From an uncultured Oscillospiraceae bacterium (GTDB lineage: Bacteria > Bacillota > Clostridia > Oscillospirales > Oscillospiraceae), in assembly GCA_947587025.1 (NCBI GenBank), contig CANPXW010000002.1:3567-67566 (forward strand): a DNA stretch of 64,000 nt. Reading direction: 5' to 3'. The notes beneath the pieces are model-generated. The model was not told the origin of the DNA. It ran no database searches and saw nothing but the letters and a program-made list of their open reading frames with translations. Below are positions 27,774 to 35,476 of this stretch, in pieces (the stretch's first letter is position 1; the number at the start of each line of letters is the position of its first letter). The position numbers and the translations under genes are program-made.

Positions 27774-28337
27774 TCACACAAATAGTTTCTTCAGTGCCGC
27801 GCGCTGCGCCTCGTCCTCCGGCGTCCGGCGCTTGTGCAGCTCCACCAGCGCCCGGTTCTCCTTCAAAAACTCCTGCTCGTATTTCTCCAGCTTCTTTCCC
27901 TTAGCCCGCTTCTGCCGCAGGCCCAGCACCGTGCTGAACAGGCACTCCCCCAGCTCCATGTACGCGCCCAGGAACGTCCACCAGTGAATGTACTCCGCCG
28001 CCCGGACCTCCTGTCCAAGGACCCGGTTCACCGCCGGAATGATGATCGGCCCGTCCTGCTGCCAATCCACCAGCCGGGGGCTGCGGCGCTTTCCGTCCAC
28101 GGGCACGCCGCCGTCGATGAACCCCACCGCCGCGTCCACCGCCGCCTGCTGCAGCTGCTGCGGGATGCTCTCCCAGTCAGGGTACATCACTCGCAGACAC
28201 ACCGCCGCCTTCTCGTCCGGCTCATACTCTGGGTCCGCGAACACGTCCAGCAGATGCAGCACGTCCCGGAAGTCCGTCCGGATGGCATAGGCCCTCCCGC
28301 CTACGGTGAGCTCCTTCGGCAAGCGCCACAGGCTCAT
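27774..28337 (-). CDS. Phage Gp15-family protein (second tail-assembly chaperone position)
   Basis: MSLWRLPKELTVGGRAYAIRTDFRDVLHLLDVF resembles the bacteriophage Gp15 family. ATGA overlap with the preceding ORF. Confidence 0.6.
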   Translation of the reverse strand: MSLWRLPKELTVGGRAYAIRTDFRDVLHLLDVFADPEYEPDEKAAVCLRVMYPDWESIPQQLQQAAVDAAVGFIDGGVPVDGKRRSPRLVDWQQDGPIIIPAVNRVLGQEVRAAEYIHWWTFLGAYMELGECLFSTVLGLRQKRAKGKKLEKYEQEFLKENRALVELHKRRTPEDEAQRAALKKLFV

Positions 28338-28762
28338 TTCCGGTATCCGGCGGTGGCCTTGTTGATCCTGGCCAGCTTCTTGTCCAGGCGCTTCTTGGTG
28401 GTCTGCTCGATGAGCGAGCCGATGCCCTCCAGCACCTTCTCGAAGAAGAAGTCCCCGTTCTTGGTCACCGTCAGGGGCCCGCACTTGGCGAAGATGCCCT
28501 CGGACACATGGCCGCCCAGCAGCAGGTCGAACTGGCCGGCTATGTCGTCCGCCAGCTTGTTCATGGCCTCCAGCTGCTGCTCGTCGCTGCCGGTGCCGTC
28601 ATAGGAAAGGCTGTTGAAAAAGTCCACCGCCGCGCCGTAGCGCTTGAGGATGTTGGAGTCGGTGGGATTGAAGTCGAAGGAGCCGATCACCTGGCCCCGC
28701 TCGTCCTGCACCTCTACCGTGACCGCCCCGGTCTCCACCTGCAGCTTCATCACGTCTGCCAT
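28334..28762 (-). CDS. Phage tail assembly chaperone
   Basis: 142-aa acidic protein between the major tail and Gp15/TMP genes. ATG 28762 follows AGAAAGGAG. Confidence 0.55.
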   Translation of the reverse strand: MADVMKLQVETGAVTVEVQDERGQVIGSFDFNPTDSNILKRYGAAVDFFNSLSYDGTGSDEQQLEAMNKLADDIAGQFDLLLGGHVSEGIFAKCGPLTVTKNGDFFFEKVLEGIGSLIEQTTKKRLDKKLARINKATAGYRK

Positions 28763-28826
28763 TTTTATCTCCTTTCTGTATTCCGAAAATGAGGGAGAGA
28801 CCATCGTCTCTCCCTCCGTCTGTCGT

Positions 28827-29354
28827 TCAGCCGCCGACGCCGGGGATCGCACCCTCGGTGAAGGTGGGATTGCCCGTCTTCATGCTCTCAGCGGACACAT
28901 AGCCCTTCTGGCTGTCCCCGTCCTCGCTGACGGTGAAGGGGATGTTGAACCCCTCGGTGGAGCCGCCGTAGCTGTTGGGCTTGACCATCACCTCACGCAG
29001 CCACGCCAGGTGGTTGGCCGCCTCGGTATCCTCCACGATGACCTCCAGCATCAGGGTCTTGCACTCGTCGCCCTTGAGCCTGCCCATGGCGATGTCCCGC
29101 AGCTTGGGGTACAGCTTCTTGTCCGGGTCGGCATAGAAGGGGTCGGCCTCCATGCTGGGGGTATAGCCGTTGTCCTTCGTCTTGGTCTGGCCCAGGATGT
29201 TCTTGATCTGCTCGGTGTCGGAGTTGAGCTCCACGCTCATCTCCTCGATGTCGTCGCCGATGATCTCAAACTGCGCCTCGGCCGCCTCGCTGACCTTGGT
29301 GTGGAAGTCCGTGTCCAGGTAGTGGCCCAGGGCCTCACGGTTGAGCTTTGCCAT
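28827..29354 (-). CDS. Phage major tail protein
   Basis: 175 aa (MAKLNREALGHYLDTDF...). Position is upstream of the chaperones and TMP. GGAGGT ribosome-binding site. Confidence 0.7.
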   Translation of the reverse strand: MAKLNREALGHYLDTDFHTKVSEAAEAQFEIIGDDIEEMSVELNSDTEQIKNILGQTKTKDNGYTPSMEADPFYADPDKKLYPKLRDIAMGRLKGDECKTLMLEVIVEDTEAANHLAWLREVMVKPNSYGGSTEGFNIPFTVSEDGDSQKGYVSAESMKTGNPTFTEGAIPGVGG

Positions 29355-29370
29355 TTGTGTTACCTCCATA

Positions 29371-29880
29371 TCAAAGATAGAAAATGTTCTCATACCGGGC
29401 GGCCATCTCCACCGCCCAGGTCTCGGTCTGATGCTCGTCCCGCTGTGCAAGGCAGGCGGGGCTCTGGATGGAAAAGCCCAGCAGCCGCCTTCCTCCCGCC
29501 AGCGGGGGATATGTCTCCAGCCGGTACGAGCCGCCGTCCGCCGTCACCGGCTGGCGGCCCAGCCATCGGCCCAGTGCGTCCAGCCGCTCCTTCACGGCGG
29601 ACCGGCTCTGTTCGGTCAGACCACCGCCCCGCCACACCGCCGCGAAGGGATACCGGCACACCTGACGCACCCGCCCGGTGACGGAGCGCGTCTCGCTCTC
29701 GATGACCGCCCCGTCTCCGGGGAACATGGCCATGCCGTCCCCGGCCCCCAGGGTGGCGAAGGCGAACCGCTCCGCCGGTCCCAGGCCGGGGTATTCGTCC
29801 AGCAGCCGGCATATGACGCCGGTGAGCGCCTGGGCTCCCTCCGGGTCATACCGGAGCTGCTCCTTTTTATTTTCCGCCAT
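29371..29880 (-). CDS. Phage head-tail joining / tail completion protein (minor capsid-type)
   Basis: Positional call; intact 169-aa ORF overlapping its upstream neighbour by 14 nt. Confidence 0.45.
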   Translation of the reverse strand: MAENKKEQLRYDPEGAQALTGVICRLLDEYPGLGPAERFAFATLGAGDGMAMFPGDGAVIESETRSVTGRVRQVCRYPFAAVWRGGGLTEQSRSAVKERLDALGRWLGRQPVTADGGSYRLETYPPLAGGRRLLGFSIQSPACLAQRDEHQTETWAVEMAARYENIFYL

Positions 29881-30337
29881 TGATGATCCTCTGCACCTCG
29901 CTCGTCCAAACACCGATGCGCCGGGCCTTGGCGTTCTCGAACCATGCCGGCTGGGCTCCTGCGGCGGAGTAGCGCAGGGGCCTGTCCGTGACGGTCAGGC
30001 TTGCGCCCCGTGCAAAGCGGGGCCCCACGCCGGGTATCATGGCCGGTCCCCGGCCGGTGGCGGCGTCCGCCATCGCCCGGCCCCGGTAGAGATACCGCCC
30101 CATGGGCCCCACGCCGGCGTAGATATGCCCGGACCCTGCTATGGCGGCGTTGGCCGCCCTTGTCCGCTCCCGGAAGCCGCCGGTGCGGGCGGGCATGTAG
30201 GGCAGCATATCCTCCGCCGCCATCTGATGCAGCCTGACATAGGCCCTCGTGGCCCGCACGGAGGGCCTGGTCATATCCAGACGTGCCCGCACGCCCTTTT
30301 CCGTCAGGGAGAACCCCTTGAAATGGATACCGCTCAT
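29867..30337 (-). CDS. Phage minor capsid / head-tail joining protein
   Basis: 156 aa. LPYMPARTGGF-type segment as in minor capsid proteins of A118-like phages. Positional support. Confidence 0.5.
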   Translation of the reverse strand: MSGIHFKGFSLTEKGVRARLDMTRPSVRATRAYVRLHQMAAEDMLPYMPARTGGFRERTRAANAAIAGSGHIYAGVGPMGRYLYRGRAMADAATGRGPAMIPGVGPRFARGASLTVTDRPLRYSAAGAQPAWFENAKARRIGVWTSEVQRIINGGK

Positions 30338-30780
30338 CTTCCAGTTACCTCATAGTGCGGCAGCGCGTCGTACCGGCATACGGAGGCCACGGCGAACACC
30401 CCGTCCCTCGTCCGGGCCATATAGCCGTAAAAGCCCCCGTTGTAGTCCTCGTCCGCCACCGGGTCGGTGCTCTGCCAGTCCTCCGTGACGAAGAAGTCGA
30501 AGTCCTCGCCCCCGGCGAAGGTGAGGTACATCTCCGGCGTGTCCACCCGCCGCCACAGCTTTGGCGGCAGCACCAGCTTTCCGGCCACGGCGGGCGCCCC
30601 TTCCAGCCGGATATAGGGGATGAGCACCGCCGCTCTGCAGTCCCGGCTCCGTCCGTATCCGGCCTCTCCGGCGGAGAAGGATGCGTCCACATGCACCCCC
30701 TCGATCACGGTGGGATACCATACGGTCTTCCCGTCCTCCGTCCGCCGCCGGTCAAACACCGTCACCACGTCCTCATACAT
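30334..30780 (-). CDS. Phage head-tail adaptor protein
   Basis: Positional call; 148-aa ORF from ATG 30780, overlapping both neighbours. Confidence 0.45.
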   Translation of the reverse strand: MYEDVVTVFDRRRTEDGKTVWYPTVIEGVHVDASFSAGEAGYGRSRDCRAAVLIPYIRLEGAPAVAGKLVLPPKLWRRVDTPEMYLTFAGGEDFDFFVTEDWQSTDPVADEDYNGGFYGYMARTRDGVFAVASVCRYDALPHYEVTGR

Positions 30781-31228
30781 CGCGTCTGTCCCCCACCGCA
30801 GGGTATCGCCCCGCATACAGCAGATTCACCCCGTTTGCGTCGGGCACCCCGGCCAGGTAGCGCTCCACGGTCCGGGCCAGCGCCGCCTGCCGCTGCTGCT
30901 CCGACGCTGCGGCGGGAGCGGCGTAGCTGACCGACTCGCTGCCGGCGGTGACCGCCGTCACCACCCGCCCGGCCACGCTGCCGTCGGCCCTCTTGGCGTA
31001 TCCCTCCGCCTGCTCCTGCTGCCACAGCAGATGCACCAGCGCCGCCTGGCACCGCTCCACCGCCTGCACGGCGGCGCTCTCCTTCGGCGGGGCGGCGGTG
31101 AGCTTGCACACCCCGTCCACGCCGGTGGCAGCCTGCTCCATCACCCGCCGGGCCTCCCAGCCGAGCCGGTCAAAGCCGCTCTCATCCGGCCCATCCGGGT
31201 ACAGGGCCGCGTACTGCGCCCAGTTCAT
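30773..31228 (-). CDS. Phage head-tail connector (gp6-like) protein
   Basis: 151-aa ORF immediately after the major capsid gene, with a TGATG junction at 31226-31230. Confidence 0.5.
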   Translation of the reverse strand: MNWAQYAALYPDGPDESGFDRLGWEARRVMEQAATGVDGVCKLTAAPPKESAAVQAVERCQAALVHLLWQQEQAEGYAKRADGSVAGRVVTAVTAGSESVSYAAPAAASEQQRQAALARTVERYLAGVPDANGVNLLYAGRYPAVGDRRDV

Positions 31229-32085
31229 CACGCGCCGATGGTGGCCTTGACGATGCCGTCCAGCTTCTCGGCCAGCAGCCGCATGCCGCACACCACCGTA
31301 TCGGCGGCGGTCATGTTGGCGTAATCGGCGGCCTCATGGATGCCGATGTAGCCGGTGTCGTCGCTGGTGAAATCGAAGGCCTCGCCCAGGTCCGCCCCGT
31401 TGACCGGCACATAGTACAGCACCAGATTGTCCTTGGCGGTGGCGTAGATGGTGCCCTTGGGCACGGAGCTGTTGAGGATGACGGTGCCCAGGCCCATGAA
31501 GCTGTCCACGTAGCTCAGCCCGAAGGCGGTCTGCATGGCGATGGGGGCGCTGGCCAGGTAGTCGGCCGCGTCCAGCGGGTTCATGAAGTACACGCAAGGC
31601 ACCGCGTCGTCGTCGAACAGCACCTGCAGCTGTCCCCAGGCCTGGGCGATGGCGGCCTGGAAGGTCTCGCCGGAGGCGGTGCCGGTACCGGTGCCCAGAA
31701 AGTCGAAAAAGTCCTTGCGGACGGTCTTCTGCACGTCCCGGAGCATCTCGTCGGTGACCATATCCACGGCCTGGTCGTAGCCCCGGTCGATGATGGCCTC
31801 GGCGGTGGCGGCCTTGCGCCACTTCTTGAGGGTGATCTCGCCCACGTCCACCGCCTCGGTCTGATAAAGGCTCAGGGGGATGGTCTCGCCCTCTGCCACG
31901 TCGCCGGAGGCCAGCGTGCCCTTGGCCTTGTAGCTCTTGAGCACGGCGCCCGCCTGCTTGGGCACCTTCCGGGTCACGCCGATGGCCTCCATGAGCTTTC
32001 CGATGGACCCGGCGAAAGCGGACACGAACTCGATCTCCCGCACCCGCGCCAGGCTGCTCTCCTGGATGATGTTTTCCTCTGCCAT
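31228..32085 (-). CDS. Phage major capsid protein
   Basis: 285 aa. Position after the scaffold gene. AAAGGAGAAG ribosome-binding site. Sequence style matches A118/SPP1-type coat proteins. Confidence 0.8.
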   Translation of the reverse strand: MAEENIIQESSLARVREIEFVSAFAGSIGKLMEAIGVTRKVPKQAGAVLKSYKAKGTLASGDVAEGETIPLSLYQTEAVDVGEITLKKWRKAATAEAIIDRGYDQAVDMVTDEMLRDVQKTVRKDFFDFLGTGTGTASGETFQAAIAQAWGQLQVLFDDDAVPCVYFMNPLDAADYLASAPIAMQTAFGLSYVDSFMGLGTVILNSSVPKGTIYATAKDNLVLYYVPVNGADLGEAFDFTSDDTGYIGIHEAADYANMTAADTVVCGMRLLAEKLDGIVKATIGA

Positions 32086-32100
32086 TTTCTCTTCTCCTTT

Positions 32101-32382
32101 TCAAAATAAGTCCAGATTGTCCGCGATAGCCTGCCGGCGGCGGGACCGGTCGGGGATGGCCATGATCTGCTCCCGCGTCAGGCTCCCGTCCCCCTCCGGT
32201 CCCAGCCGGTCTGTGAACCGCACCCCGCCGGACTGCCGCCAGGCGTAAAAGGCGGCCAGCTCCTTCTCGTCGGGGTACTTTTTCCGTTCCCTGGCTAGGC
32301 GCTGGGCGATGAGCCCATCCACCTCCGCCTGGGTGAACGTCTTTTCCTGCTGCTGTGCAGCGGTGTCGGTGGTCTGTTCCAT
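32101..32382 (-). CDS. Phage scaffolding protein
   Basis: 93-aa helical, charged protein (QAEVDGLIAQRLARERKK) between the portal and capsid genes. Confidence 0.6.
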   Translation of the reverse strand: MEQTTDTAAQQQEKTFTQAEVDGLIAQRLARERKKYPDEKELAAFYAWRQSGGVRFTDRLGPEGDGSLTREQIMAIPDRSRRRQAIADNLDLF

Positions 32383-32395
32383 ATGGTCTCCCCGT

Positions 32396-33778
32396 TTAAG
32401 GCCCGTCGGCCGTAAGATCACACTCCATCGGCCTGGCCGCAGCCTCCACGGCCTTAGCCTGCTCTTCCGAATACCCCTCGAACTTCGTCAGGTAATACCA
32501 GAACGGGGCCTTCCCGTCGGCCACGTACCCGTACCACCGGGCCCTGTCCTCCTCCCGGTTGTAGGTCACGTCCCCGAAGTCATAGACCGCCTCATACGCC
32601 CCCGCCGGCGTGAGGGCGTACCCCTCCGCCAGCCGGTCCAGGGCGTAGATGAGCCCGTCCAGCGCCGTCTCCAGCTTGTCCCGCACATCCTTTACCAGCT
32701 GCACGGTCCGCCGGTCGTCGGCCTCCACCTGGGTGGCGGTGACCAGGCCGGAGCGCTGGTTGAACACGAAATAGCCGTTGGAGAACCCGCACTTGAAGCC
32801 GATCTGGCTCAAAAGGGCGTCTATCCCCTTCAGCCGCGTCTCGGTGTTCAGCGCCGGGTCGATCTCCTGGTAATACTCCGACGCGCCGGAGCCGAAGGCC
32901 CGCTTGATGAACCGGGGCAGCTTTATCCGCCTGGCCGCGCCCACCGGCACGCCGGCCTGCTCGGTGAGCCGGTCGTCCAGCAGTGCCAGCCGCCGGCTGT
33001 CGTAGATCTCAGAGGCGTTGCGGCTGTAGGCCACATCCAGGTCCCGCAGCTCCTCCAGCGCGTCGGCGAACACCGGCAGCCCCATGGGCGAGGCCGGGTC
33101 CAGATAGTTGGCCGCCGGCATGCGCAGCACGCCGAACAGGGGCCGCTCCACCCCCTCGGCGATCACGTCCTCCGCCAGGGCCGCCCAGGGCGTGGCCTCT
33201 ATAGCCACTTCCCTGCCCGCCTCCGACGGGGAGTCCGCCATCAGACACCGGTTGGACACCCCGTACCGCCCGTCGGGCAGAAAGCGGTGATACTCCATCC
33301 GGGTGAAATACTTCCCCCGCTGCTGATCGTACCGGCGGGAGAAGAACACCGCCCCGGTCACGCTTCCCCCGTCGGTGTCGGTGATGAAAAACTGCTCCGG
33401 GGTGAGCAGCTCCACGTCCCTGCCGTTGGGCTTGAGGATGACCGTGCCATAGGCGCAGCCCTGCTCCGCCCAGTGGCGCAGGCTGAAATAACACCGGTCG
33501 ATCTGCTGCTGCAGCCACGCCGCCCGCTCCGTGCCGCCGCCCACGGTCACCCCTGCCGCCAGCACGGCCAGCCGGGCCGTCTCCGAGCATATGCTCCGGG
33601 CCATGCCCACCGTCCGTATCTGGTTTTCCGGGTCCTCGTCCAGCCATTCCGGCCTGCCCCGGTACACCGCCGCGCACCGGCGCAGCAGCCGCCGGGTCTG
33701 CACGCTCTCCAGCGGCCGCACACCGAACACCTCCCGCGCCTTCGCCTCCAGCGCTCCATAGTCTCTCGCATCTCTCAT
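32396..33778 (-). CDS. Phage portal protein (SPP1 Gp6-like)
   Basis: 460 aa directly after terL, with an ATGA overlap at 33775-33778. Confidence 0.85.
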   Translation of the reverse strand: MRDARDYGALEAKAREVFGVRPLESVQTRRLLRRCAAVYRGRPEWLDEDPENQIRTVGMARSICSETARLAVLAAGVTVGGGTERAAWLQQQIDRCYFSLRHWAEQGCAYGTVILKPNGRDVELLTPEQFFITDTDGGSVTGAVFFSRRYDQQRGKYFTRMEYHRFLPDGRYGVSNRCLMADSPSEAGREVAIEATPWAALAEDVIAEGVERPLFGVLRMPAANYLDPASPMGLPVFADALEELRDLDVAYSRNASEIYDSRRLALLDDRLTEQAGVPVGAARRIKLPRFIKRAFGSGASEYYQEIDPALNTETRLKGIDALLSQIGFKCGFSNGYFVFNQRSGLVTATQVEADDRRTVQLVKDVRDKLETALDGLIYALDRLAEGYALTPAGAYEAVYDFGDVTYNREEDRARWYGYVADGKAPFWYYLTKFEGYSEEQAKAVEAAARPMECDLTADGP

Positions 33779-35013
33779 GCCATCGCACCTCGTCTGTTGA
33801 ATAGTGATTCATAGGCGTACCGCAGGGCGGATATGGCGTGGTCGTCCCTATCCGGATACCCGCTGATGAGGTTCCCCTCACTATCCCTGGCGTACTCATA
33901 CCCGGCCAGTTCCCGGTACGCATTGGGCGTCCGTACCGGGTCGGCCACGATGGTCCGCCCCTGCAGCCACTTGAAGCCGTAATCCACGCTCCCCGGTCCC
34001 TTCACCGCGCCCCGTGCCGGCAGGCCCATATCCCGCCAGTCGGCGACGCTCTTTGGCTCGGCGCTGTCGCACACGATGGGGTAGTCGCCGTAGCCCTTGT
34101 CCAGGACCCACCGGGCCGTCTCCCGGTTGCTTTTGCAGTTTACATAATATTCATCCAACAGGTATATCCGCTCCTGCGCCGCGTCGTATGCCGTGCGCAG
34201 GAAGGCAAACTTGTCCGGGTACCAGCCCCAGTCCGCCCCCTGGAAGATGCGGTCGAACCGGGCCAGCTCTTCGTCGGAGATGGCCCGCGCCTCCAGACGT
34301 GTGAATACGCTGGCCCCGGTGCCCACAGCCTCGCCCAGGTACTCGTGCCGGTATGCCCGCTCGTCCCGGGCCCGCAGCCGCTCCGCCTCGGCAAAGAACG
34401 CCTCCCCCAGCCACGCCCTGGGCGCGTCCAGGTAGGTGCTTTTGTGCCGCAGCCGGTCCGGCCGGTCCTCCAGCGCATCCCGGTTGGCCCAGTTGTCCCG
34501 GGATATGGGTGGGTTGTAGCTCTCGAAATTCCAAAAGAGCTCCCCGCCCCGCATGGTGGACTGCAATATGGAGCGTATCTCCTCCCTGCCGGCGAACTGG
34601 TCCTTCTCCTCGAAATGGGTCACGGCGATGTATCCGAAGGGGACCTTGAGGGACTTCAGCTTCATGGGGTCGTCCGCTCCCCGGAAGAGGATGCGCTGCC
34701 CTGTGGGCCGGTATATGAGCTCCGGCGGCGACATCCTGGCCTCCCACAGCGCCCCCATCCCCAGCTTGTCCACGGCCCACATGTACTGGGCGAACACGCT
34801 GTCCCGCAGGGTGTTGCCCACCTTGCGCAACACCAGCGCGTGGGCCTCCGGGTGCTGCACCAGCAGCAGCGGCACAAAAAGGGAGACGGCGGAGCTCTTC
34901 AGGCTCCCCCGTCCCCCGCTGAGATCGTAATGTGTATGTCCGTGCCGGAACACGTCCCGTTCCAGCTCCAAAAACGCGGGACCCAAGAGCTCCCGCAGCC
35001 TGATCTCACCCAT
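33775..35013 (-). CDS. Phage terminase large subunit (PBSX-type)
   Basis: Walker A-like GGRGSLKSS; C-terminal nuclease region with conserved acidic residues. 8-nt overlap with terS. Confidence 0.9.
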   Translation of the reverse strand: MGEIRLRELLGPAFLELERDVFRHGHTHYDLSGGRGSLKSSAVSLFVPLLLVQHPEAHALVLRKVGNTLRDSVFAQYMWAVDKLGMGALWEARMSPPELIYRPTGQRILFRGADDPMKLKSLKVPFGYIAVTHFEEKDQFAGREEIRSILQSTMRGGELFWNFESYNPPISRDNWANRDALEDRPDRLRHKSTYLDAPRAWLGEAFFAEAERLRARDERAYRHEYLGEAVGTGASVFTRLEARAISDEELARFDRIFQGADWGWYPDKFAFLRTAYDAAQERIYLLDEYYVNCKSNRETARWVLDKGYGDYPIVCDSAEPKSVADWRDMGLPARGAVKGPGSVDYGFKWLQGRTIVADPVRTPNAYRELAGYEYARDSEGNLISGYPDRDDHAISALRYAYESLFNRRGAMA

Positions 35014-35347
35014 CCACGATCACCGTTACCGGCTCGCAACCATCCTCCGTTTTCTCCTTGGGATGCTCCTGCCACTTGTCGCCCCGCCGGTTGTTCAGCC
35101 AGTACATCTGGGCCCGCAGGTCGCCCCCCAGGGCCTTGTCCAGCAGCGCCGCCTCCACCTGATAGTCCACCAGCTCCCGGCCTTTGCGCAGCGCCTGGGC
35201 GATCTGGGGGTACTTCTTCTGCCATGTATAGAACGTGCTCAGGCCGATGCCCATCTGCCCGGCGATCTGCTCTCTCGTCATACCGTCCCTGGCCCAGCCC
35301 TCCAGCAGGGTCAGCCCGTCCTCCTCCAGCCACTTTTCCGCTCTCAC
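35006..35347 (-). CDS. Phage terminase small subunit (HTH)
   Basis: 113 aa. HTH segment MTREQIAGQMGIGLSTFYTWQKK. GTG start with GGAGGTGGA about 10 nt upstream. Confidence 0.75.
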   Translation of the reverse strand: MRAEKWLEEDGLTLLEGWARDGMTREQIAGQMGIGLSTFYTWQKKYPQIAQALRKGRELVDYQVEAALLDKALGGDLRAQMYWLNNRRGDKWQEHPKEKTEDGCEPVTVIVDG

Positions 35348-35365
35348 CGACCCCGTCCACCTCCA

Positions 35366-35397
35366 TAAAAAGACCCCGGCGGTGTCCCGCCGGAGTC
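35366..35397 (-). terminator. Intrinsic terminator about 20 nt upstream of the terS start (downstream of the LRR lipoprotein gene)
   Basis: The minus strand reads GACTCCGGCGG GACA CCGCCGGGGTC TTTTTA: an 11-bp stem with one G-U pair. Confidence 0.75.
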
Positions 35398-35476
35398 CCG
35401 TTTCTTATTTCACTGTGCCCATGATACACCCGCAAACGGTAAAAATCGCCTCATAATTTTATCATTTTCGGAAAAC

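Larger units (their letters stand above)
19492..35347 (-). mobile_element. Phage-derived head-tail-lysis gene cluster (A118/SPP1-like siphovirus morphogenesis module) with no lysogeny, replication or integration genes
   Basis: 19 co-oriented ORFs, terS to endolysin, with 1-14 nt overlaps. Flanked directly by ydcF and by an LRR lipoprotein followed by proS. Confidence 0.85.

Noticed and set aside
28334-28345. Programmed -1 frameshift joining the two tail-chaperone ORFs (G/GT-type).
   Set aside because: I found no XXXYYYZ slippery heptamer near the end of the first ORF. The second ORF has its own ATG in an ATGA overlap, so independent initiation is the simpler reading. A frameshift is not excluded.
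34899-35435. 178-aa ORF overlapping terS/terL that starts at an ATG upstream of terS (MEVDGVGESGK...).
   Set aside because: It is in a different frame from the HTH-containing terS product, has a Gly/Arg-rich implausible sequence, and overlaps terL.
19437-35476. att direct repeats, an integrase, or a tRNA target flanking the phage cluster.
   Set aside because: Visual comparison of 19437-19491 with 35348-35476 showed no shared repeat. Both gaps are occupied by ordinary terminators. The only tRNA in the window is 10 kb away and unrelated.
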